This document shows, piece after piece, positions 13,715 through 26,310 of a stretch of DNA of 64,000 nucleotides (position 1 is its first letter; each line of letters opens with the position of its first letter). The notes beneath the pieces are model-generated. The model made no database searches, was not told the origin of the DNA, and saw nothing but the letters and a program-made list of their open reading frames with translations. Source of the stretch: Adineta vaga (Eukaryota; Animalia; Rotifera); assembly GCA_021613535.1 (NCBI GenBank), contig CP075495.1, positions 9,796,001 to 9,860,000 on the forward strand, in the 5' to 3' direction. The position numbers and the translations under genes are program-made.

Positions 13715-16031
13715 AAAGAGAAATTAAAACGTCTGGAATTTTTTGAAAGTGAAGCAGCGAAGCCTTGTTCGAAGCATTCCGTTATTGTATTTTTTATCTT
13801 ATAAGCAATAAAAGTGACTTGTATGTAATTAAATTTGGTGAGAAAACTTTACAAACATCTTAAAATATCAATTGTATTTAGAAATTCGTTATTAACAATG
13901 ATAATGAATGAATTTTCGATTTCGTTTTCAACATCTCTCTATGATCTACAATAGGAACGAACTATATATTTTGAAAAAGTCAATCGTCTGATATGTCAAC
14001 TAACTTATAATCTAATATCTTTTTATTCCCTAATCATCCATAAAAATCTTCTTGTCAATGATCCATTTTAGTTATTTATATTGAAATATTGATAATAATC
14101 GTCTGACATTCCTATCGTATTCATGACCGAATTGTAGCTGAATAATGATTTATTCAGTGTTATATCCCTATGGGCAGATGCATTGTGATATCAATTTATT
14201 TTTTCCTTTCTTACATCTAATTGTTAATTAAATATTCTTTCGTTATGCGAAAACAGCAATACACTATAAAAAGAAGTGAAAAAGAGTCAAAAATATGCTT
14301 TTAGCTATATGTTTACGCCTTCATTACTCTGTTATTCGGATCAATAATAAGAATATGTTAACATTTTGCAATGTTATCTGATATGAATATCGTTTCAACA
14401 CGTCTATTTATATTTATAATTACAAAAAAATTGCTTTTAATGGGCAATTTTCCAATATAAAGAAGATGGTATCGGTGAAAATACAGATTCTATAAATATT
14501 GAAACTCATAGAATCTGATAGATTTATCGATTTTTAGGAGAGTTTCTTTTGATTTTAGTTTAACATGTACGGGCAAAGAATTTTTATTTATTCAATTCTT
14601 TCCAGAAGCATGACTTTAATAGTTGATTATTGTACATGAAATAACTTTGTAAGTATAATGAAAATAGTTAGATGTTGTATATCTTGGGAAAAGACGATCT
14701 AGAATGTGAATTTGTGTTTCTTAGGAAAGCAGAAAAGTAGGAGATTACAACCGTGAGAGAATAGAACGACGTCATCGAACAGAAAAGTAAGGTCAATAGG
14801 AACTATTATATACTTGTGCTTCATGGACGAGAAACGAAAGAAACGAGGACAGAAAAATAACAAAAATGAAAATAGTAATGCGCATATATATTTTGATTGA
14901 CATAGATGATTTTCAAAATGTAAGAAAATCATCAACGCTATCAGCTATAACATAAATCACACAAAAATCATTTTGAATAATCTTACGTTTCTTTTTTTCG
15001 TTTAAAAATAACCTTATGAAATGGACCTATTCAAATTCAAAGGTTTAGATGAAATGTATACTACAAACGAAGATGATATTGATTATGTTTCGCTCGTAAT
15101 ATTAGAATCTTATGTAGAAATCATTTAATATGAACTGTCTTTTTTTGTTGAACAAAGATAATATAAATAAAAACTTTCACATTGATTAATATATACATTT
15201 GAAAAATTGAAAGAAGAAGATTGGCATTAGAGAAATTACGTAAATTTGACCTAGATGGAAAAATACGTCTGAAGTAGTCATGAATGTAAGAGAGCATATT
15301 TATTCTTTGTTTCTACATATATATATATATCTTTCTATGTACATATGTTCCTAGCGCCCTTCGCTGTTTTTTTTTCTACCGACCTTGCTAAGTGCATTTT
15401 ATATGACTTTTTTTCAAAAACGACAGTCAGTCATGTATTAGGATCGGAACTAATAGAATTTTATACATAATTATTTATCTATGTAAAGAATATTAATAAA
15501 TTTGATTTTGATAATCCATCTAAAAATAAAATTATGAGTGCAACATAACATATATATATATATATATATTTCGATCGCTAACAATAATCTGATAGTCATT
15601 ATCTTTTTAACAAAAACATGAATAGAAATCTTATCTAAAAGATCTTTGCTTATCAACGTACATAACTTAAGTAAGGGCATCTATATTTAGATTGAAGTCT
15701 TTACAACAATGATCTTGTATGTATATTTTGACAATCGCAAAGCTTTTGAAATTTCATATAAATCAAGTCATAGTTTTCTCTTGCAAAGAATACAGTTTTC
15801 ATATCAAATACATTTTTCATACACTTTGAAGAAAATAGGAAATATTATCAAACTCTGATATTCTTCGTACTATTAATTTGAAAATAAACGAAATGATTTC
15901 GTAATGTTTGATATTATTCGAACCGTGTTGCGTCCTTTCATGATTTTATGTGGCATATAATATATACATCATATTATTGGTTGACTTCTCAGTGCTTAAC
16001 AATCTCGGATAACCTCGATGACAATGTACAC

Positions 16032-16039
16032 TGACGTCA
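16032..16039. promoter_or_regulatory. Palindromic CRE (TGACGTCA) ~2 kb upstream of NR copy C
   Basis: Sequence ctgacgtcag; motif match only. Confidence 0.3.
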
Positions 16040-17987
16040 GCAGGGATGTTTGTTATTGCTTTCATTTATACATATTGAATGTCATATGCACGTCTATTTG
16101 TTAAAACAATATTGAAAATTAAATTTTACCTTTGTCAACACCGTTATCATTATATGACCTATTTTTTCAGAAAAAATCTATTCTTAGTGTTTTTTTTTCT
16201 GTTGTTAAATTGAAGTAACTAGATTGACTTCAAAGCAATTCAATTGCATTTTTTTAAAAGAAACTTTGTTTTAATTTAATGCAATGACAAGTAGAATCAA
16301 TGGTTATCGAACATCAAATAATATTTTCAATTCACTGAAAAGTCACTTCAAATATCATATATGAATAAGTGCATTTACTCAATAACCTTCTCTTTTATCA
16401 AGGTCGTTTATTCAGTTCTTATGTTTCATTAGTAAATCTTTAAAAAAAAAGAAAAGTTAACAAAAATTTTCATACGAGACATTTCTTTTTTTACAATAAA
16501 AAAAAACTACTTCGTTTTAGATAACCGAGGATATTTGTTATCGTATTCGGTATGTAAGAAATTGTTATATATTTCATGGAGACAATAGAATAAGTTTTCA
16601 TGGTTATATCAGTACATTTATGGCGCAGATCGACCGAGCATTAAAATACAAAAATATTAATTTAGCAGAAAGAAAAATGCGAAAAAAAGACACCTTTATT
16701 TCGAAGAACGTGTCATATTTTGCAATAATATAAAAGCACAATGTTATTCTCAGTTAATTTACCGACGTTTTTTTTTTCTTCACTATTTATCTCGTGTACG
16801 TCTTTCGAATTAGAGTAAAAAAAAAGTAAGAATAAAATGAGTTTTTAAAATAAATTTATGATAAAGTTGTTTCAGTTTTTTCATTTTATTTTTCTATCGA
16901 GAGAGCGTTTCTATGAGATGTTTTGTTTCACGACGCTCACGAGACAAAATAATAATATGTAAGCGAAGTGAATGTACTTTTAAAAATCTCAACCTATCAA
17001 CATTCTGAAAATATTTGATTTATGGCGACCTGATAAAGTCCATGCAGTAAAACAGTAGAGGAAAAAAACAAGGAACAAATGAATATTACGAAGATCGTCG
17101 TTCTTTTTCCTTTCTTTTAAAAAAGAAAAAAGAAATATCGTAGCTGTTGATGACCCAGTTACTTTTATCTTGTCAGAAATTGAAAGAAGAAGATAATAAT
17201 GTTAGAAAAATGTAGATAGATATCATTTGTACGAAAGAAAGTTTTCGATGAAAATACGAATGAAAAAAAGAAACATAAAATCATTATTTTTCTGACACGA
17301 TGTTGCAAACAAAATATTTCTATTGTATTGACTTGACTCAGGTGTACTTCGACAGAAAAAAACATTAATGATTCATGAACTTAAATGAAAGCAAAAATAT
17401 TTTTCTTTTCATTTAGAAAAAAAAAGGTATTTGATTTGTTTTCAAACGTCGACAACTAATGGTATTACTTTAATTTGATTCAATCAATTTATCACAAATG
17501 AAGTCATCATCTGTTGTCGATAACGATGAACAAACGGTATTATTTCGAAGAATCTTTTTGTTTTTTTTTGTCTGCATAATTAGTGAGGAATGAAATGTTC
17601 CTTTTCTACGAGATAAAAATTTTTCTTCGATAAAACAACAAGATTTCTATCGTTAAATGAAACACTAATAGGTAATACGGTAAAAAAGAACGCTGAGTAA
17701 TATAGTATTATTTCTAGTAATTCATTTTTCAACATTCATTATGAACGGTAGAGTTGGGTTTGTGCAGTTCACAAAGTGAGAAAAATAAGATAGTAAACGC
17801 ATGACAAATTGAATTTTTTTCATATTACTTTCATAAATTTCATGTATTTCTTCATGCGCTATTTACTTTTCCTAAGAGATCGATGTCATGAATTCATCAA
17901 CTGTAAACATTGAAGTTAGAAAAAGTCGACTTTAAATAGTTTTAGATACATTATATTTAGTATTGTATTACTTTCTAGGGAATAGTA

Positions 17988-19873
17988 ATGAATAGCACAA
18001 TTGATTTTTATCGTCGTCGATCATCATGTTCGATTCGTGAATGTATCATATGTGGTTCGAAAGCAATTGGAATTAATTTTGGTGCAGCAACATGTGCTCC
18101 ATGTAAAGGTAAATCATAAATTTGAAATGAAAATCTTTTGAATTTCTTCTTATATGATTCTGTATTAGCTTTCTTTCGACGTAATGCTCGACGAAAAGAA
18201 GTAAGGGAAGAAAAACGATAATATTTCTTTATATATCAATCATTCTCTAGATTCTCAATTCACCCTGTCAACATTCAGATTCGGACATATCTGAAGCAAG
18301 CACAAGTGAAACTCTTGAAGTTTCAAGTCATTATTCAAAGATTCGTCGTTGTTCATCGTGCCGTTTACGTCGATGTTTTGATGTCGGTATGAAAGAAGAA
18401 TTAGTTCGTACAGAGGAAGAAAATGCACGACATAAACAACTTGTCGATAATAATCGGAAACGACGAATTGTATTGAAACAAGGACAACAAATAAAAGAAA
18501 ATCAAATATCAATTCCTCAGGTATTGTTAGGAAAGAATCTCTCTCTCTCTTTCGAGTTATTTTGAGTTTGTTAAGCAATAAGATTTTATTCATTCTGTAA
18601 TCTAAGATTTGCTCTTGCTTATGAAATTAGTTCTAAAATTAAGAGAACTTTATGTCACTTTGACTGTTTATTTTAAATACCGAGAACATTTATAAACATT
18701 ATGAGTGCAAAAGGGGAATATTAAATTTTACCTCATATCCATCTGCCGTTGGTAATTTTCATGGCATATATAATTAAAACATTGTCAATAACGAACAAGA
18801 ACATTGAAGTGATTGCATAACGCTTGAGACTATCCTGGTGTTCTTAGTACTTTCAATAAACTTAAAGGGAGATTTATTTCTAATGTCTGTGAGTTTTAAG
18901 TATTCAGCGAATACTAAACAACCGAGAAAAATATTGCTTCCACTCATAGAAATTAGATCAGAAAAAGCATTGTCGAACTTAGCATTTAGATGATCTATTA
19001 TTTTCGAAATGATACAAAACTTCATTTTTTTTTATAGCGTTTGATAATTAATAAAAACTTATTGAATGAAATAGATTGGCAACATTTATCCAATGTAAAA
19101 TATGCATATGATACTCATTGTCTAAAAGTTTATCTTGAACGATGTGCTACAGTGTTTTCTTCCGAAATCTTTCAAGAAAAATCGGCTGTTGAATATTATT
19201 CATCATTACCATCAAATTTAGCATATTCACTGCTATCGTTCGTGAAAACATTGCCTGCTTTTCAATCTCTATCACGAAATCAACAAATATCTATATGTAA
19301 AAATAATCTTCGTCGATTGATGTTGGTGAATAATTATGAACTTAATCAATCATGTTTTTCTGAATCATGGCAGGTAAAATCTCTCGTTTTGATAAACTTT
19401 CAAAGTAAATCATTTCATTGTTTTTTTTTCTTCTTTAGATAGATTTTCGTCATAATTGTTGGCAATTTTTATCTGGTCAAGAATTATACAAAGATTTAGT
19501 TTATGCCGAACGATTAGCTGATAGATCTTGGATTGCTGATCCGATTGTTACACGTCTTTGGATTATTGTTTTATTATTTTCTACTCCACTTTTTTGTTAT
19601 TATGATTCAAAATGCTCAACAACACAAACGAGAAAAGTATCATCTATATCTGATAGACAAAATGCCTATGCTACACTTCTATGGAAGTATTTATTGCATC
19701 GTCATGGCTATATGGAATCGATTCGGATTTATTCAAATCTCATGCATATTTATTTAAATATGTTACGTGTAGGGTTATTTATTAATATTCGTGTACGATC
19801 ACAAAAAGAACTTGTTACTGTACATGAAACACTTGATCGAGTAGTTATACCTGATATGACTAAGGATTCATAG
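17988..19873 (+). CDS. Atypical nuclear hormone receptor, copy C
   Basis: Exons ~17988-18108, 18169-18200, 18251-18520, 19038-19372, 19439-19873. CIICGSKAIGINFGAATCAPCKAFFRRNARRKE...CSSCRLRRCFDVGM; LBD FVKTLPAFQSLSRNQQISICKNN, DPIVTRLW, QNAYATLLWKYL. Intron positions match A and B. Confidence 0.92.
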
Positions 19874-20896
19874 AAAAAAGAAATTCAGACAATAAAGCAT
19901 GAGTATTTATTTGTTAATTAGATATTTAGATTAAAAATCATATGTTTGATTTAAAATAAAGATCTTTAGTATTTATCAATGTTTGACTGTCAAGTTGATA
20001 ATTAACTTTAGAGAAATAAAGTCTATTTCTAATTTACGAATATTATAGTCATAGAAGATATATTTTTGTATAAAAGAATGCCATATTAGTTAATATAAAC
20101 AAGAAAGTTCTTAATATATCAAAAGCACAATATCATCGAATCATATACTAAACGTTTTATTCTCTAGGTTTCGCATGAAAATGTGTTATTTAGTGAAAGA
20201 TATTGACAACATTCTTCCCAACAATTTAAAAGATGAAAATAGCTGCAAACTTAAAAACTAAATTAATCGAGGATGATCTGCTGACTCTTACATCTATTAC
20301 TCGTACGTCATCACATATTTTTCTATCATATTTCATAAAATTTCTCTCCTGCTCTCATTATTATAAATGACTGAGAAATGATAGAAGAGAAGCTTTTTTC
20401 TAATCTAGAATAAGCATGACGGTGAAATAAAATGCTCCAAAGAAGATAGATACCACTTAACTTTTATTGATTTCAATAAAATTCAGGAAAATACAGAGAA
20501 AACAATACTAGTAAGTACGGAATTTGAAGTTTACTTGAAAATTCACCAAATGATCATTTTAGTAATGTGATGCTCTGAACAAAAAGTGGTTCTTTTCATA
20601 GCAACATAAGAGATTTTTATATCAATCTTTTTTTATGCTGTATTTATCGTTAAATTTTTGATTGTTTGCAACTATGACTACAAAACAGTTGGGTTGATGT
20701 AGTAGAACAAGTAAAGACTCATCTTGTTGTTTATTTCCTTCTATATAATACACTTGATAACAGAATGAATAGATGCACTAGAGAATAAATGAGATTCTAT
20801 GAAAAGAACAGGAAAAAAAAGTATAATTATAATAATATACCAAGGTTGTTCTATTTACTTACAAAGAAAAGTACATTTTATTTATAGAAACTAGAC

Positions 20897-22280
20897 ATGT
20901 CAATGCAGATTTCTACTTCATCAAATCTTAGTAAATACCGATCATGGGAAAAAGTTCGTGCATGTGTTGTATGTGGAGCAAATGCTATTGGTATTAACTT
21001 TGGTGTCTTATCATGTGCACCATGTAAATGTAAGGAATTTGCCCTAGATTTTTCTTTGAATTTAATTTGTTTCTTTAGCTTTCTTTCGTCGCAATGGTAA
21101 AAAATCAAACGTAAGAGATTCTTGTTTTTTTTTCTTATATCCAACAAAAGATTTGCTTTTTTTCCATTTAGCTTCTTGAATTAGCCTGTCGTTTAATCAA
21201 TCCTAGTTCTTTGAGTCAGGAAACATCGGATGAAACGAATACAAAACTAACTATTTGTTCTGATGTACGTCATTGTACGTCATGTCGATTACGTCAATGT
21301 TTAAAAGTTGGAATGAAAATTGAATTCATTCGAAGTGATGAAGAAAATCAATATTATCGTCGAATAATTGAAATTAATCGTCAACGAAAACGAAATTTAT
21401 TACAATTTCGAGAAAATCAAGATCATTGTCAAATGATTTCAAAAGTATAACAAAAACAAACATTAATTTCATTTATTCAACTACTATTTTATATCTTTTC
21501 TAGGTGATATCATCGAATACGGTTTTATTAGAAGAAAAAGATTGGAGACTTCTATCCAATATCTATAATGCTTATGACAATTATTGTGTGAAAATTTATA
21601 CGACAACCCGTGAAAAAATCTTTAATGATAACAAGAATTATTCCGATGAAAAACTCTTTTATTTACAACATCATACAGCAATGCGTGTGAATTGTGTATC
21701 TTCATTGTCATCATTTCTTTCGTCCATACCACTTATACAATCACTTTCTCATTCCAATCGATCATACTTATATCAACATAATGTTTTACCTCTTATCATG
21801 CAAAATTTACATGAACTTGATCAAACATGTTTTTCACTAGCATGGCAAATAACTATAGATAGAACAGCAGCTGAATATGCTAACGGTAAATCTCTTTCTG
21901 ATGAATGTGTCTCCGTAAGACGAAAGATTGCTTTGATTTTAATCAATGATCCCATCGTCACACGTCTTTGGCTTTTAGTTCTATTCTTTTCTACTCCTTT
22001 ACTTTGTTATTATAATCCATCATTACCGAAAATTTCATTAAACAATAATATTTATTTAAATCAAATTCAAAATTCTTTTGTGAATTTACTATGGAGATAT
22101 TTAGTACATCGTCAAGAATATTTTAATGCTATACGAGTTTTTGCTAATCTTATTCGAATTTATTTACACACACAACGAGTTGGTTATACATTAGATCAAC
22201 AACGTCAAACACGACAGGATTTAAATCAAATGAATCAATTATTCAATCGAATTTTAGTATTTGAAGACAATCAACAATAA
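20897..22280 (+). CDS. Atypical nuclear hormone receptor, copy D (most divergent, LBD in one exon)
   Basis: Exons ~20897-21029, 21079-21110, 21172-21444, 21504-22280. CVVCGANAIGINFGVLSCAPCKSFFRRNG...CTSCRLRQCLKVGM; LBD WRLLSNIYNAYD, DPIVTRLW, IQNSFVNLLWRYL. Confidence 0.9.
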
Positions 22281-23146
22281 ATAATAAAAAAATCATGTAT
22301 ATGTCGTAATAATCTTCGAAATTCAGTACGATTTAAAATATCGATCTATCGTGGGCGACATTAGAATTTTGATAACATTTAGGATAGATTAAGATTATGA
22401 TCTAAACTATTCACAACAGACTAGTTAATTTTAACTATAATTCAAATTCAAATATGTTGGTTATTATATAAGAAAGAACAGTGAGTAACCTGAAATGAGA
22501 GAAAAAATTACTCAGAAGACTTTTTTTTCTATGTCAAACTACTTCAGGCCAGGTTTTGTCCTTACACAAGTACTCTACAACAGAGTGATGTTTTTTACAT
22601 GTCAAAAATATTCTTATAAGATAATTTCTCTTTCAATAAGTATAAAGTACTTTGAACACTAATTTTCAATCAACTAACCATATAAGTGAAAGGAACAAAG
22701 ATTTATCTATTTAAAAAGTTAATACTTAAGTTTCATGACGCATAGAAATTTTACTTCAAAGTATTTTAATCTACCTTAGTTAAAAACATAATCTTAAACT
22801 ATACGACATGATATGAAAATTCCAATGTTGTCTAAGATGGATTACTAAAACATGTATAATATCCGAAATTGTTATTCTATATTGTCATTTATTTAGTCCG
22901 AAATTTTAATTATGATCATTTTAGAAAAATTAATCCGATTAAATTATGTTTGAAAATATTCTGACGTAGAATAAAACAATCATACTTATTTTCGTTTATT
23001 TATAGCTATTCAATTCAAATATTTCTTTTGATGAATAAAATTAAGATTTATTTTCATAAAATCGGAACAAATTTTTTTGTTTTCTTCTTTCTTAGCTGAA
23101 ATATTTTATACAATCTGACTAAAAAGTGCTAATCAATCAAATGACA

Positions 23147-26100
23147 TTATTCATGATTTTCTTCATCAGTTTCGTCTTCATCATCGCCAATATTTTTCCA
23201 AAGCGATAGAATTACCTAAAACAAAAAACATTTATATCAAATTGTAATGATTTCCTTTTTTCAAACAAACTTTTTCAGCATATTGTTTTCGTTCATCACC
23301 CGTCAATTGATCAGCTTCTTCTAACGAACATAAAAACAGACGAACAAAAGACTATCTATTTGAATTATATTTTTAATTAAAGATGATTTACCTTTATATT
23401 TTTTCATTTGTTCAAATATATTTTCCATTCCAAATGCATCTTTATCTAAAAGATATAAATGAAAACATTTGTTCTTCTCTTTCATCAAGGTTCAAATGTT
23501 ACTATTTTAAGAACTTTTATTGTCTGACATTCTAACATAATGAAAGATAGAGAGAAAAGAAAAGAAAAGAGAAAAGAATTTGATGTTTCGATTTCAACTT
23601 TCGTTTCCTATCAAAAAGAAAAAGAACTAACGAAATCAAAGACAACATTTTCAAGTATGTTATTCTTTTCGTGTTTCCTATTTGGCAATGTTGATGATGA
23701 GAAGTGAAGAGAACACATCGAACAGACAACACTTACCATGGTGGTTATTGGTCGTCGAAGAAGAATCAAATTGTTCGTTCTGTTCGTCTTGTTGTTCTTC
23801 ATTGTTGAAATGATTCGTATCAAAATTTAATTTTTCTTGCAATTGTTTAACTAAATTTCGATTTATTTCACGTCGATCTAATATAGATAAAAGACAAATC
23901 ATTTAGAAATGATATGAATATAACATCGAGTACTAATTCATCATCACATTTCTATCATCTGACACGTTATTCAATTGAAAAGTCAACTCCAAATGAATTT
24001 TTCAATACAACAACATCATCGAATCATTTTCTACGTTTATTTGAGACATCCAAATTACAACGTTTCTCTTCATCATCGCCAACAACAATATCATCATCAT
24101 CATTATTATTGAATAAATATTTTCTTTTCAAATCATCATTCAATCGAAATATGCGTATTGCTGAATTATCTTTGCTAAGTTTAACATTACCATTGTATGC
24201 AATTGTTTTTACATTATTTATTGAATTAACAGTTCAACGTGTTAGTAAAAATACAGCTATATCTGGAGGTAATTCACGTAGTCGAACACAACGTCGTCGA
24301 CAACGTATGCGTAGTCTTATATGGACATCAAATTATTTACTTGTTGACTTTCTTGGTCTTCTCTATGAATTAGTCTATGTTATTATTCATCTAACAGGTG
24401 ATTTAGCATTGAATTCATTAGCTGGCCGTTTTTATTGTCAATTACAAGTTTATCTTCCATTATATTTAACTGTTCTTATGGCTTATAGTTTAACAGCAAT
24501 ATCAATTTATCGTCGTCGACATTTTGTTACTCTAAATAATCAAACAAGTCGATCAACAACTCGAAGTTTATTTTTAATTCTTGCTCTATGGATAATGCCA
24601 ATAATAACATCAATTATCCCTGCATATTTATTAACACATTTAAATATTTTACGAATAACTCAACATGAAATAACGAATGAATGTCAAATATCCTATACAT
24701 ATGGTTCGACTGTTGTTGGTATTTATATGTTTTATCGACTTGGTAAGAAAATAATCAATTCGTTTCTTTTTGAAATGAAAAAATAGAACAAAAAAATCTC
24801 ATTTTTTCTTCTTCTTAGGAAATATTTTTCTTTTACCATTATCAATTTCATTTGCTTGTTATTTAACAATATGTGTCGATTTAATACGTATGCAACGACG
24901 TTTTACTCGAGCATTTGATCGTCATGTACTTATACGTAAAAATTTAATACTTCAAATTCTTTTTCTCTTTCTTAATTTTGCTGTTTTCTGGTTACCAGCT
25001 GAAATTATAACTCTCTATACGAAAAATCGTTTACTTAGAGATACAGTTCAAGTAACAAAATCGTTTAATATTCTACTTGATCCATTGATAATTACTGGTT
25101 TTGATACACGCTTTTCATCAGCTGCACAACACTTTCTTTCTAAATGGCGTCTTGATGAATTCATGTGTTTTTTTGGTTCAAATCGACAAAATCTTTCGAT
25201 AACGACATCAAGTCAATTGGTGACAATACGTTCAGGTGCAACATTAAAACGTTTGAAACAATCAACAATTAAACATGATACACGACAAACGCCATCCGTC
25301 ACTTGGAATCTTGCTGATGATGATGATATTACTGTTCTTGAATCAACATCAAATCACGTGTATGTTCCTCAGAATAAACAACCGAAACTAACGACACAAG
25401 CAGATATTCGACGAAAGAAAAGACAACGACGTCAACAACACCCGCAATTAACTCAAACTCCATTAGAATCAACAATAAAACAAAAGAAGCCACGAATGAA
25501 ACCAAGAACTGAGAATAATCTTGTAGAAAAACGTATTTGAAAAGAAGTTATTTTTTCTTTTTACCTTTCAAATTCATATTTGGCCATTGATGAACATGTA
25601 GTATTTGCATCAAACGTGGTACACCATAAACATCTTGAGAGACTAAAACAAAACACAATGTTTTTTTCTTCTCGTACTGCACATAAAGAACACTCTTTTT
25701 TCCTTCTTTTTTTCGCGACTTACGATGTGTATTTTCATCGTCGTCATCATCATCATCATCGTCTGTTTCTGATGTGGTACTTTTGTCTAATTCAAGTAAT
25801 TCATATCCATGTTCTGTACACCATTGTTTTAAATCTGTTTTGGGAATTGCTAGCGAAAATAAAAGATAATATTGTAATTAATAAATCATTTCTTTGCCAA
25901 CGTACTTACTATTTGTAATTGCATCTACACTGCGAGCTACAAGTAATTTTGCTTCACATTCATTGAGAACACTAAAAAATGGAAGCCAACTATCAAGTTT
26001 AGTACGATTATTGATCTATATTTAAAAAAAATAATTAAATAACATATATCGTTTTCTTTAACAAATATGTTGGATCTACTTGAATTGGATCGATTAATAA

Positions 26101-26310
26101 AATCAACATTTCTGCCGAATTAGCTACGGATTCTTCTACAAGCATTTTTGTTTTAACTGGACATAGATGAACATCGGCTGTATAATATTTTGTATCAATA
26201 GTCCATTCAATTGGATTATTATCTAGTGTTTTTGTTTCACCAGTTAAACCTTGAAAAATTTCATCAAGAAACGTTTGATCAAGACCAGCAATGACAATAG
26301 ATGGTTTCAT
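23147..26310 (-). CDS. AAGAB: Alpha- and gamma-adaptin-binding protein p34 homolog, 8 exons
   Basis: Exons 26310-26080, 26015-25910, 25849-25724, 25642-25565, 23877-23737, 23445-23392, 23320-23271 and 23215-23147 join in frame. Motifs WTIDTKYYTADVHLC, WCTEHGYELLEL, acidic run, GVPRLMQILHVHQWPNMNLK and ERKQYAEKVILSLWKNIG match p34. Confidence 0.92.
23914..25540 (+). CDS. Orphan rhodopsin-like 7TM GPCR nested antisense in AAGAB intron 4
   Basis: Exons 23914-24742 and 24819-25540, ~516 aa. S/T-rich N-terminus with N-glycosylation sequons, 7 hydrophobic segments, TM2 NYLLVD, TM3 FYC...AISIYRR, ECL2 Cys (NEC), TM6 FAVFWLP, TM7 LDPLI. Confidence 0.85.
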
